Source: Antedon mediterranea
Lineage: Eukaryota > Animalia > Echinodermata
Reading direction: 5' to 3'
DNA: 64,000 nt
NCBI RefSeq assembly: GCF_964355755.1
Contig: NC_092678.1
Span: forward strand, 11,344,352 to 11,408,351
Below the pieces are notes generated by a model. That model was not told where the DNA came from, searched no databases, and worked only from the letters and a program-made list of their open reading frames with translations. This document shows, in pieces, positions 53,501-64,000 of this stretch. The translations under genes were made by a program, and so were the position numbers. The stretch's first letter is position 1. Every line of letters begins with the position of its first letter.

Positions 53501-55404
53501 AATAATTTATGGACATTTTGTTACCATGGCAACGTGTAACAAAATAAAAATATGTTGGTTAATAATACAGTACTGTAATAGCAAAAATACACAAAATCTA
53601 ACATAGCTATTTAATTATAAATCACATCATGCCCATTTTGGTGGGTATTAGTAATCTGGTTGTATTTCATTGAATAATTGATTCTTCTGCTAATTTTCAA
53701 CAGCATTTCAAAGAAGACATGTGTTTGTACCTTTCCAACAATGTATTATTTACCAACAAATATTAATCTACTAATTAAAAAATGGCATTTAAAAATGGTC
53801 AATTTTGAACTTTAATGTGCTCATAGACTCTCTTTTCCCATACGTTTTTTGGGTCCAGCAGCAGTTTACAAATTCCCAAAATTGTCGGCCTTAGAACTAT
53901 AGCTACCGCGATGATAAAGCTTCTTAATGAGTATGTAATAAAACTAAAGACTAAAAACCCATTTAGTAGGCCAGGGCTAGGCTGATAATATTTTTTCCAC
54001 CAAAACAAATGTATGAACATCATTAGAACAATAGAAATATACAATCAAACTCCCAACACCCAAGCCAGAATATACAGTAGATAATAATAGTGGATAAGAG
54101 TACTTTAATAATATGTATTGTTTTTATTATTAAATAAATAATATTCAAATCTTTGTTTTTTTCAGATGTATATGAATGGTAAACTAGTTTTCTGTGACCA
54201 CATCTTTAATGGATATGGCAATACAAAAAAGGATTTCTTGAAGCAGGTTATCAACTGTAAAAGAGAAGCTAATCATGGAAGTTTTCTACCAAACGATTTC
54301 AGATTCAGGTATTGTAGTTTGCTAGTGCCAACAAGTTTCTAAAATAGATTTTGGAATAGCATAAAACCAGCCGCTCAGTACCAACGACCATATAATAATA
54401 CAATACATCACTGAATGCATTATTGTTGGATATGAAATTCATGGACAAAACAACAACAAAATTCTGCAAATTTTTCAAACCATCCAGCAGCCCTTAAAAA
54501 ATGTTTGAAGACTTATAAATCAATTTTTAAGACAAGTATTAAATACTAGGCCTATAGCTATCATCCGATCATTCCTTGGTTTACGATGTTTCCCCTAAAG
54601 GTGTTTGGAAGTTGTATGGATTATGTTTTATCTCAAGTGATCTTGCCGCTGCTGTAAGGTTTTGTGAATCTATTTCAAACTTATAGTACTTTAAAAAATG
54701 TTTCCACCTTCTGCTTTATGTAACCGTGTACTCCAAGAGCGGCATTGCTGTTGCATGCATGAGGGATTCTTCTATCTAAGATCGCATTTCCGCAGCCATA
54801 ACACTAGCCTTATGCCCACCACAATGAAACAATTTGGCCTTCACGTCAAAGGTTAAACATTTTTGTATTTATAAGATCATTATCTGATTGCCTAGATTAA
54901 TATGTTTTTAATACATTTAGTCTAGACTAATTGTTTAGCATAAGAAACACAGTCCCCGTAGGGGTCTGGTTTCACAAATTATACTGAACAACATTACATC
55001 AGTGATGGCAATGACATTTTAATAACTTAAAGCATTCTAAAACATTTATTGATGCAATATATATTTACATTGGATTTTATATTTATTTTAGTCCAAGCAG
55101 GGGACCTTCTGGATGCCGCTCCCCATGGGGGGGAGAAATTGGTGGTACAGGAGTGGACTTCTTTGCTGGGACTGGTTTACCAGATCTTCAACAGACCATT
55201 GAAAGAATTAATTCTCCATCATCTACAATTGAGATTGCTCCAACTGGGTTTATAAAACCTTTTGAACGAACAACTTCAGCAGCTGATTTCCTAACCTACA
55301 GTTTATCAAATGCCAGCGTAATGTTTCCTGGAAATGAAATTCGACCATTGACACACCCTGGTCATCGCAAGAATATACATACAACATTAATAGAGACTGA
55401 ATAG
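34684..55404 (+). CDS. C3orf20: C3orf20-like / FAM194-domain protein, 13 coding exons, 1116 aa
   Basis: join(34684..35554,36775..36864,37079..37244,37621..37851,40137..40295,40809..41055,44679..44926,49378..49773,49864..49998,50197..50431,50743..50859,54166..54308,55092..55404) = 3351 nt in frame; YYLSGRSAI...GKACCYHPNG and PGMFLMYMNGKLVF...FNGYG motifs. Confidence 0.82.
35980..36547. mobile_element. MITE (PIF/Harbinger-like)
   Basis: CTTTCACACCAAAA...TTTTGGTGTGAAAG inverted ends; repeated CTCCGGAG. Confidence 0.65.
36775..36864 (+). CDS. C3orf20: C3orf20-like exon 2
   Basis: Phase 1-1 open frame; donor could instead follow 36846. Confidence 0.6.
37079..37244 (+). CDS. C3orf20: C3orf20-like exon 3
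   Basis: INFSMQSKVCEDKGWII...WAQERL; donor GTAAGA. Confidence 0.85.
37621..37851 (+). CDS. C3orf20: C3orf20-like exon 4
   Basis: RYYGD...LPDGCAVV; followed by U12 donor GTATCCTTT. Confidence 0.85.
37852..40136 (+). other. U12-type GT-AG intron
   Basis: Donor GTATCCTTT; branch site TTTCCTTAAAC at 40115-40125. Confidence 0.85.
39453..39687 (+). mobile_element. tRNA-derived SINE
   Basis: TGGCTTGGTGG A box, GGTTGAAGTCC B box, A tail; head related to the 40514-40745 SINE. Confidence 0.65.
40137..40295 (+). CDS. C3orf20: C3orf20-like exon 5 (FAM194 domain)
   Basis: YLSGRSAII...ATFTPYGKACCYHPNG. Confidence 0.85.
40514..40745 (-). mobile_element. tRNA-derived SINE with (GA)n tail
   Basis: TAGCTTGGTGG...GGTTCACTCC boxes on the minus strand. 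Confidence 0.7.
40809..41055 (+). CDS. C3orf20: C3orf20-like exon 6
   Basis: FIQLNEQISFKC; AG / GTAAG boundaries. Confidence 0.85.
41131..41636. mobile_element. MITE with TA(A/G)CC...GGCTA termini and 3-bp TSD
   Basis: TAACCTGGGTGCAG / CTGTACCCAGGCTA; TSD TTA; inner IR GCGGGAAAAAAGTATAGGAAA. Confidence 0.75.
43121..43362. repeat. 34-bp minisatellite, 7 identical copies
   Basis: TCAACAAGAGTAATCCATGTAATCATAAGCTGTT head-to-tail. Confidence 0.95.
44679..44926 (+). CDS. C3orf20: C3orf20-like exon 7
   Basis: GYLVTKELFMSKA...RILRKI; donor GTAAG. Confidence 0.82.
45020..46090. mobile_element. PIF/Harbinger (Tourist-like) MITE
   Basis: ~40-bp TIR GGCCCTGTTCAGACCCATGGCGTTAGACCGTTTTAGCGTAC; TSD TTA. 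Confidence 0.9.
46488..47249. mobile_element. Tc1/mariner-pogo (Tigger-like) MITE
   Basis: TA|GCGTATATTTCGGTGTATAA...TTATACACCGAAATATATGG|TA. Confidence 0.8.
49378..49773 (+). CDS. C3orf20: C3orf20-like exon 8
   Basis: NICDDWMEHYRLAIGI; donor GTATG. Confidence 0.85.
49864..49998 (+). CDS. C3orf20: C3orf20-like exon 9
   Basis: Open frame ending GCTV; followed by U12 donor GTATCCTTT. Confidence 0.8.
49999..50196 (+). other. U12-type GT-AG intron (198 bp)
   Basis: Donor GTATCCTTT; no polypyrimidine tract at the CAG; branch candidates TTTTCTTAC or TTACCTAAC. Confidence 0.75.
50197..50431 (+). CDS. C3orf20: C3orf20-like exon 10
   Basis: VLRNEFFG...CKCSRHHIPILTDIEFDCFI. Confidence 0.85.
50743..50859 (+). 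CDS. C3orf20: C3orf20-like exon 11
   Basis: DPYRLLIYD...RHNAVPGMFL; donor GTGAGT. Confidence 0.87.
52375..53061 (-). mobile_element. Complete HINE (Helentron non-autonomous)
   Basis: 5' TTACCTCTGCCAAGG plus GTTT/GTCT microsatellite; 3' GGCGAAGGTA subTIR plus GCACTCTCGGAGTGC hairpin. Confidence 0.75.
54166..54308 (+). CDS. C3orf20: C3orf20-like exon 12
   Basis: MYMNGKLVFCDHIFNGYG...FLPNDFRF. Confidence 0.88.
55092..55404 (+). CDS. C3orf20: C3orf20-like last coding exon
   Basis: ttttag acceptor; in frame with ORF 55153..55404; TAG stop. Confidence 0.8.
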
Positions 55405-56613
55405 TTACCAGTAAAACGAGCGATTTAATGTTTTAAATGCTGGTATGGTGATAATCAGACATTGATCAAACCATCGTCTATTTCTTAGTGGCCAGAAATT
55501 TTCCAAAAAGGTGGTTTAATGGTTTCCATAATTTTTTGTTTGTATATTCTATCTAGCAATGATGAGGTTAAAACAAGCAACTTAGAAGCAGCAGTTAGAA
55601 ATTGGTTCTGCGCATGTTCAGAAACATATCTACAAATATGCTGACTGTCGATACATTGAGCGCTGTATTGGTCACTGCTGGTTACAGTTTACGGTGCCAA
55701 TTTACAAATACTCTCTTCCAGCCCTGGACTTCTATAACGTTATATGGATATTTTATACAGTGAAATTGGATCTAAATTTAGTAGCAGAAAAAACATTTAG
55801 TATGAAATTAAGGGTGTTACCCGGTTCAATAGGGCAACACCCCTGAGACCGCCCACTTTATCTCTTAATTATAAGTCTACTTTGGATTTTGTTTGCTACT
55901 TATTAATATTAGTATATTTGTATATTAGTATATTTGGAATGTATAGCGCTAACAAAAAAGGGCCACCACCTTTGAGGTTAATGAAATGTCGAGGAGTTAC
56001 TGTAATCATAAAACAACACCTTAAAAACACAAACAAATATTTTATCAATTGCAATGAAATTTTATGATTTGCAGCTCTAAAATATGTTTTGAAGCCAAAT
56101 ATTCAAAAATTGGGTTGATTTCTAAGGGTGTTTTTTTTTTTTTGTTGACTTTTCCGTTTTGTGTTGGTTTTACAATTTTGAGAAATCGTGTGGTAGGCCA
56201 CTGATTTTCTCAAATCTTATTTGCATAGTGGTTGGTATTTATTAATTTATTTTTTTCAATTTTCTGCCATATACAATACAAAGAAGACAAAACAAATATA
56301 AAAGGCAAGGAAAGACCAAACAGGTACTAAACACCTATGCTAGTTGGGCAACCCAGAACAGAGCACAGAAATAAACCAAAAACAAATTACAATTAAAGCA
56401 TTGTGTATATTAAGGTGATTTTGCCAAGTGCACGGTGTCATGTACTGCATGTTGATTGGTCATGCATGTTAATTTTAAACTGGAATCTATTATAGATTAT
56501 TATTATATAGAGGAGGCATTTCATTTTAACTTATGGTCATTTTTATACACATTTTTTAAATTGAGGTAACTGAAGTAGAATAAAATTTAAAACAAAAGTA
56601 ATTAGTAGTTTAA

Positions 56614-57965
56614 CCCTTTGACGACGCAAGACCTCAAGTGACTAAGGCTAAATAAGCTATTTTTAATAGGTTTAGGAAAAATGCAAAATACATTTTTATG
56701 ACTTTCTGCAATTATTGGTTATCTGCACTTGGCGGATGATAACCCCTTGTTAATATTGGCACGATGGTTTTTTTTTCTTTTTCTATATACTTCTTTTTTT
56801 CAATGAATTTTATTTGCAGCGTATCTCTAATTCTGGCAAACATAAGAAGAAAAAAATTTTTCGCATGAATTATGTTTTTTCAGCCTTTTCTAGTAATTTT
56901 ACCAGCTTTTAAACGTTTTATTTAAAATCACGTCATATGAGCACTTCGAATTGGACAATTTGCTCGCGTTTTTGATGAAAAAGTTCAAAAACTCTTCAAA
57001 ATTATGCCTTTTTTAAACAGTCATAGTTTCTAAACTACATGGTGAAGTTTTTTTTTTATTCCATATTCTGGAAGTAAATGAGATGTGGATATCCGATCAA
57101 TAATGCTCACCGGACATTGTGACGTCATCGTATGGCCACTCAAATATAAAAAAACAGGATTTTTGTCTCTTTCGTCATAGATCATCATATTTAATAGAGC
57201 GCATCTCCACTTTTCCGTATTACCATTTTTAAAATTGTGATGACGTCATCATGTTCAAAAGTGTGAATAACTTGGTTCACTTATTTTCATCATTTCATTA
57301 AATTTAAATATGTTATAGCTCCTAAGAATGAAAAGTGATACTCATGGTTAAAACGTTTTCTGGAAGCTGTTGAATTGTACATACAAATTTATGTACAAAA
57401 TGTTGCGTATCGGATGTTGTGAAGTTATATGGCCAGTTGAATTATAAAAGTCGTATTTTCATATTTTGCGTCATAGTTCATGACATGTCAAGAGCGCGCA
57501 TCCATATTCTACGAATCCAAATTTCTTCAACACATTAATATGTCGTTGCTCAGATAATTCCATTCCAAAATTGCTATCTACACCTTTTATTATCATGCCC
57601 CCATCATGTTAAAAATGGGAATAAAAGGCGGCTCCCGTTATTTCCACCTTTTCTGCACTGTATGTAGTATGTATACAGTATAATGTGTATACTGTATATA
57701 CTTACCGGTAGACACAAAATATAGGGCACACTAACATTTTATTTCCTTCAGGTCACAATGGCATAATCGTTTTTCTGTGCGTACTATTCTAACGTATGAC
57801 GTGCACGTAGCGTTTGCGCTGCGAATAATCTAACTCGTCCATAGTGACGAGTTCAAATCTAGTTGGTTTTATTGTTATGAGAAATGTTTTGGCCTAAAGT
57901 CAAATGCTCAAAAAGTGCAATTTAGTGACCAAAAAGTCAACTCGTACGGCCACGGCTTCAAAGGG
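56614..57965. mobile_element. piggyBac-like MITE
   Basis: TTAA|CCCTTTGA...TCAAAGGG|TTAA. Confidence 0.65.
56718..57862 (+). mobile_element. HINE nested in the piggyBac-like MITE
   Basis: 5' TTATCTGCACTTGGCGGAT; 3' TGCGAATAA subTIR, CTCGTC-CATAGT-GACGAG hairpin, CTAGTT. Confidence 0.72.
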
Positions 57966-58466
57966 TTAATTGCAAAACTTTCTTTCATCCATATAACCTT
58001 TATTTTTTTATTATCAACCATATGATAATTTGTTTTGTGTGTGAATCATAGCTGTGATTTATTATAAAGTTGAATTGTGAAAATGTATAACCTCTACGCT
58101 ATTTGTATATCAAATATAATTTTTGAAAGGGTCACTTTCAAATGAACTGTATTTTTTATACCAAGACAATAAGCATATAGCCTTTACCTTTTTTCTTCAA
58201 ATAATTGGGGCCTAATATATAAAAGCACTTTTAGAGTTTGTCACTTTTACATTTTTTAAGATGTCATCATAATAAAGATTATAATTTTCGGTATCTAATG
58301 ATCTATCAAAGTGGTTACGGTATAGCCAATATGCAGAGGGATCTTTTATTCAGTTGTATATATTATATGACTCGATTGTCAGTGATACAGTATTTATAAA
58401 CAAAGATTCAATACACCAGTAGGCTACTTTGTGTACATGTAGTTATAGTATTTATGTTATTAAAGT

Positions 58467-58795
<329 letters not shown>

Positions 58796-58997
58796 GATCC
58801 TGCCACTGATACCCACAGCATTGTCATTTTTTTAGTAATTTGCCTTTGGATTTGTATATATACTGTATATATATATAAATCCAAAGGCAAATTACTGAAA
58901 AAAATGACAATGCTGTGGGTATCAGTGGCTGGATCTCAATGGAGATATAAAAAGCGAAAAGCTAAATCAAAACGATAAAGTAAACAGCCAGAAAAGT

Positions 58998-59038
58998 TAG
59001 CAGAGCTTTCGGGCAACACTAGCCCTTCATCAGTACTA
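58998..59038 (-). ncRNA. Minimal type I hammerhead ribozyme
   Basis: UAGUA-CUGAUGA-A-GGGC(UAGUGUU)GCCC-GAAAGCUC-UGCUA. Confidence 0.75.
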
Positions 59039-59602
59039 GCCCTTCATATAGCCTGATGAGTTTATATATATATATAAATCCAAAGGCAAATTACTGAAAA
59101 AAATGACAATGCTGTGGGTATCAGTGGCTGGATCTCAATGGAGATACAAAAATAAAAAGCAAAAAGCTAAATCAAAACGATAAAGTAAACAGCCAGAAAA
59201 GTTAGCAGAGCTTATATATATATTTATCGTTTCAAATTAATTAATTAAATTTCAGTATATCACACCGGGTGGTTTAGAATTAATGTTCTTTGCCTCTTGT
59301 GTTTATATATATAAAAGTATCTCTTCGGAGATCCCGCCTCGTGAATAAAACTACTGAAAGATGAGGGCGTATCAATTTGATCTCTGTTGCGCGTGCGTAC
59401 GACTGAGGACTAGTGCTGTTCCGCGGTACCACGCCGAGAATGTTCAGGCACAGATGTTCTTTGCCTCTTGTGTGTATATATATATATATATACACAAATC
59501 AGGCACAGAACATTAATTCTAAACCGCCCGGTGATATACTGAAATTTAATTAATTAATTTGAAACGATAAAGATGAGGAAATCTGTGAGAATGAGAAAAA
59601 GT

Positions 59603-59674
59603 CGCCCCAACCGAGACTCGAACTCGGACCGCCTGCTTGATATACAGATGTCCTAACCATTAGACCACTGGGGC
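59603..59674 (-). pseudogene. tRNA-Asp-like pseudogene or SINE head
   Basis: Foldable D, anticodon (loop ATATCAA) and T arms (CCGAG-TTCGAGT-CTCGG); acceptor stem defective. Confidence 0.55.
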
Positions 59675-59769
59675 TTTCATGGTATTGTTCGAACTCGATT
59701 GGATAGCGACTCTTTAACATTCTCGGCACATCGAACATCGAAAGCATCTGGTCCGGATATGATACTGCC

Positions 59770-62700
59770 AAGGGTACTGAAGGTCTGTGTCGATCAGTTA
59801 TCCTCTGTTTTTTAACAGATTGTTCAATCTCTGTCTCACAGAACAGGTGGTTCCTAATATCTGGAAGAAATCATGTATTGTACCAATACCTAAACGACCA
59901 GTGATCAGTGTGATAAATGATCTTCGTCCAATAGCTCCCACGTCTACGACAATGAAAGTTCCAGAAAAAATTGTAGTTAATATGTTAAAGCCACTAGAAA
60001 GAACTCTATGGACCCTCTGCAATTTGCGTATTGTAATAATCGTTCCACTGAAGATGCATTACTTTTTAAAAATGACAGAATATACTTAGTCGAGTCAAAC
60101 TGTTTCATTACCCCAAAAAAATTGCAAGAAAATGTTTTTTGATGAATTACAATAAAAAATGGTCTTAAAAAACATATATCAAAAGTTTACCAAAATCAGA
60201 CTACCGCAAAGGCTCAAAATTTGACGTTAAAAAAGATGGCCGCCAATTTTTGAAAATCGGTAACCGCTTGTAGTAGACAGCTGTATTTGGTGTCAAATTG
60301 TTCAAAATATATATGTTTATATTTACACTTTTTGAACATTTTGTTGAAACATGACCGGAAATTCCATTTTGTGACCTTTGACATATATGGCATGATGTTT
60401 ATATATCTACGTAACTGCAAATCACAGAGTCTTGATATTGGTGTCAAAATGTTCAGAACATACATATTTATATTTACCCTTTTAAAACATTTTGTTGAAA
60501 CATGACCGGAAATTCCATTTTGTGACCTTTGACCCATATATGACATAAAAAAAATGTTCATATCTACGTAACTAAAAATCATAGAACCTTGATATTGGTG
60601 TCAAAATGTTCAGAACATACATATTTATATTTACTGTTTTTGAACATTTTTTTCAAAAATAACCGAAAACATAAGGTTTTGACCTTTGATACTTATGGCA
60701 TGAAATATTTTCACATACATGTACATGAGGCATGTTTTACGCGAATGATATTTTCATGCAAAGCCTATAATCAGCTTTAACGCACTTAGACACACAGCGT
60801 GTTGCAGATTCAAACGTAGTGTTTTGTAAAAATTGTTAAATATAAAACACCTAAATTATTCCTAACTTGATTACAGAATAGATTAATATAGAGGAATCTT
60901 TATTTGTAATAACTGCCAGGTTTGTGGACGTTCAGTTTAATTATTTGTTCCGACATACCACTCTTCTGCTCTTTTGTAATTTCGTCCTCGTATAAATGCT
61001 CCACACACTTTCCAAAAAAAATCTGGAATGGGAATATTTGATGCACATTTACATTTCGATGGAGAGTTCAGATGTTTTTATGATTCTTGTTGCCATATTT
61101 TGTAGCAAAAAGTTAAATTATGTCATCTTTGGTTTGTAAAGTATTTGGATTTTGTTCACAGTTTTTGTCTTTCGTCTGAAATTATTTGCAGAGAAAGTGG
61201 ATGCGGTGTAGATTCTTCAGCAGAGCCTGTATAATGGTTGTGGTGAATGATGATGACACTTTCAAATTTGATAATTAATTCATCTGTTGATTTGCCATCA
61301 TGGTTCCCAGTTTCCCATAACTTTTGGTAGATGTTTCGTGACAATTCCAACTGTGCCATAGTTTTCTCCTTTTAAGACGTTCCATCTAGATGTAATGTAT
61401 GATTGGATTTGTCAAGCAGTTCTTGCGAGGATGACAACTAATCCATGTGTATTTTTGATAACGGCTCTGCCTCCAAGTTGTTAAACACCTGTAGTCTATA
61501 GCATTTCTAGCTCTAACAATATACTTTGTTGATGTTGTTTAATAAATCCATAATTTAACTATTTTATCATTGTAATGTCTATGTTCATATTACGTCTTCA
61601 TCACTCTGTTTTTTCACTTCTTCGTCATTTCTTCAAGTTTGCTTGCTCAAGATTTGAGGTATGTTCAAGAAGAATTCCATTATATTTTGTTTTCATTATT
61701 GCACCACAGCTCTTACATCTTTCTCCCCCTTTAACCTCCTTCCTTTAATCTTTGTAAACGTGCTAGTTTGCATTGTTTCACTTCTCCCTTGATATTGCTT
61801 CCAATTTACTTTGATTTAATCTGTAACTGTTCAGCTTTTAACTCATTGATATCATATCAGAGGCCAATGTGCTATAGATGGTTTTAATTCTTCCTTTTGT
61901 TGACATTTCTTGGTGTGTATCGTGATATTTTTCTCTTGCATCTATTATTTTTACATTATTTTCAAACTGTATAGTTACACAATCGAGTTCCTTTGCCATT
62001 GTTTGCATTTGATTGTTTTCACTGTCATTTGCCTTTCTTTTAATCCATTTTCACATGCAATTCTTCCAGATCCTGTATATTACAGGCTCTGCATAGACAT
62101 CGTTTCAAAGGGAAAACCTTGTGTTTTCGATTATTTTTTAACAACATTTTCAAAAACAGTAAATATAAATATGTATGTTCTGAACATTTTGACACCAATA
62201 TCAAGGTTCTATGATTTTTAGTTACGTAGATATGAACATTTTTTTATGTCATATATGGGTCAAAGGTCACAAAATGGAATTTCCGGTCATGTTTCAACAA
62301 AATGTTTAAAAAGGGTAAATATAAATATGTATGTTCTGAACATTTTGACACCAATATCAAGACTCTGTGATTTGTAGTTACGTAAATATATAAACGTCAT
62401 GCCATATATGTCAAAGGTCACAAAATGAAATTTCCGGTCATGTTTCAACAAAATGTTCAAAAAGTGTAAATATAAACATATATATTTTGAACAATTTGAC
62501 ACCAAATACAGCTGTCTACTACAAGCGGTTACCGATTTTCAAAAATTGGCGGCCATCTTTTTTAACGCCAAATTTTTAACCTTTGCGGTCGTCCGATTTT
62601 GGTAAACTTTTGATATATGTTTTTTGAGACCATTTTTTATTGTAATTCATCAAAAAACATTTTCTTGCAATTTTTTGGGGGTTAGGCCCTATATTTTCAT

Positions 62701-62801
62701 ATTTTGACCCGACTAACTCTCATTTAGAACAAGTTAGCAAAGGACATTCAGTGCGGCTGATGTATTTTGACTTTTCATCAGCTTTTAATACAATTCAACC
62801 A
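59770..62801 (+). mobile_element. Rex1/Babar-like LINE RT fragment split by a DNA transposon
   Basis: WKKSCIVPIPK, NDLRPIA, RSTEDA, then after the insertion SHLE...VRLMYFDFSSAFNTIQP. Confidence 0.82.
60087..62715. mobile_element. Long-TIR DNA transposon, Academ-like
   Basis: TAGTCGAGTCAAA...TTTGACCCGACTA termini; TSD ACT; ~600-bp near-identical inverted arms with ~155-bp subrepeats. Confidence 0.85.
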
Positions 62802-62809
62802 AAAAAATT

Positions 62810-62990
62810 CCAGTTGAGACCAGTTGGAAATTTCAATGTGGTCAACTGGTTTTTTTCAACTGGTCAACTGGTTTTCAACTAGTCAACTGGTGTTTCCTAC
62901 TGGCCAACTGGTGTTTCCAACTGGCCAATAGGTTTTCCAACTGATCAACTGGTTTGTTCCAATTGGTTTTTTTCAAATGGGCAACTTTTT
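62810..62990. repeat. Degenerate CAACTGGT tandem array
   Basis: Repeated GGTCAACTGGT / CCAACTGG motifs. Confidence 0.7.
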
Positions 62991-64000
62991 CAAATATTTT
63001 TTTCCAAGGAACCAAAGGAAGAAGAAGGGAGAAGGAGGATGACTCCATCGACGAGGCTAGCCGTGATTGACCAATTATGTATTGTATATTGTCGAGGGCC
63101 TAAATGATCAGCTTTGTTCGATGGGCTACCCCCATGAAACATGGTTAAATAAAAATGATATGAAACAAAATTATAAGTCTACAGGACCAGCCCACCATCG
63201 TTGGGTGGGGCTAATAATTTAGAAAAATAGAGTTGCCCGGAAATTGGACTTCGAAATATGGAAAGAATATAAGTCTCCAGGACCAGCCCCTGCCTGACCT
63301 AAATTAACTTAACTCTCTAAATATCTCTCTTTCAAAATATAAGAAAAACATTTTATATTTATTTTAAAAAAAAAAGAAATCCGTGACTTGAACCCCAGCT
63401 AGTAGAATCCAAACGATAGAAGAGCACTAACCCGTTATGCCACAATGTACAGGAGTAATCATGAAAAGTGACAATAGTATAGTCTTATACGCGCTTCATA
63501 TTACGTCATCCTAATCGTTACGTCATAAATTTGCATATTCATGACGTACTTTTGAAGAAACGAATCTAGTTTTAACCTTGCTATAAACCGGAGGGCCGGA
63601 TGCGATTTTTTTTTTCGTACATAAGTTGGGGACCCCTCATGAAACGTCACAAAATAAAGATGAATAATTCATCAGTTAAATTTGGTGTTCCGTGTGCACC
63701 CAAGCGTATAGCAACACGAAGTGATTACACACAACTGCGATACGATTCTTTCTACAATAATATAGGCCTAGGATTCTAGGTCAATTCACGTGATTGCCTT
63801 CGCGCACTCTTCTTCACACACACGTCCACTATGCAGAATGTGTCGAGGCTAATCGACACAGCTAGGCAAAACATTAAACTAAGTAGTAATTGGACATAGC
63901 CCAAAGAAAGCTTAGACCTACAATAATAAAGAATGTGTATAATTTGTGTACTGTAATTTTTTAATTCTGGTTTTATTATCAAACAATATGCATTACTCAA

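Noticed and set aside
54400-54860. Coding-like minus-strand stretch in intron 12
   Set aside because: Multiple stops and no assignable family
59395-59460. CTGAGGA as a third hammerhead core
   Set aside because: No stem II followed by GAAA
59603-59674. Functional tRNA gene
   Set aside because: Acceptor stem is mispaired, the anticodon loop is atypical (ATC) and it sits in a repeat; kept as pseudogene or SINE head

Overview
AT-rich, intron-containing animal genomic DNA, probably a marine invertebrate (inferred from composition and repeat families). Two + strand protein-coding genes can be spliced by hand. The first is the last four coding exons of rabenosyn-5 (1829-5515). The second is a 13-coding-exon C3orf20/FAM194-family gene (ATG 34684 to stop 55404, 1116 aa) in which two introns have minor-spliceosome (U12) GTATCCTTT donors. 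The rest is a dense, nested transposon landscape: CR1/L2-group, RTE-X-like, L1/Tx1 and Rex1 LINE fragments, tRNA-derived SINEs, a solo LTR, Helentron-type non-autonomous elements, many MITEs/foldbacks with readable TSDs, and a 68-bp hairpin satellite. The most notable signals are two minimal hammerhead ribozymes (one with a U3-A8 compensatory core), a ribozyme-bearing short element clustered in a (TA)n tract, the U12 intron pair, and three TAG...CTA long-TIR elements with 3-bp TSDs. All family names come from motif recognition, not database searches.
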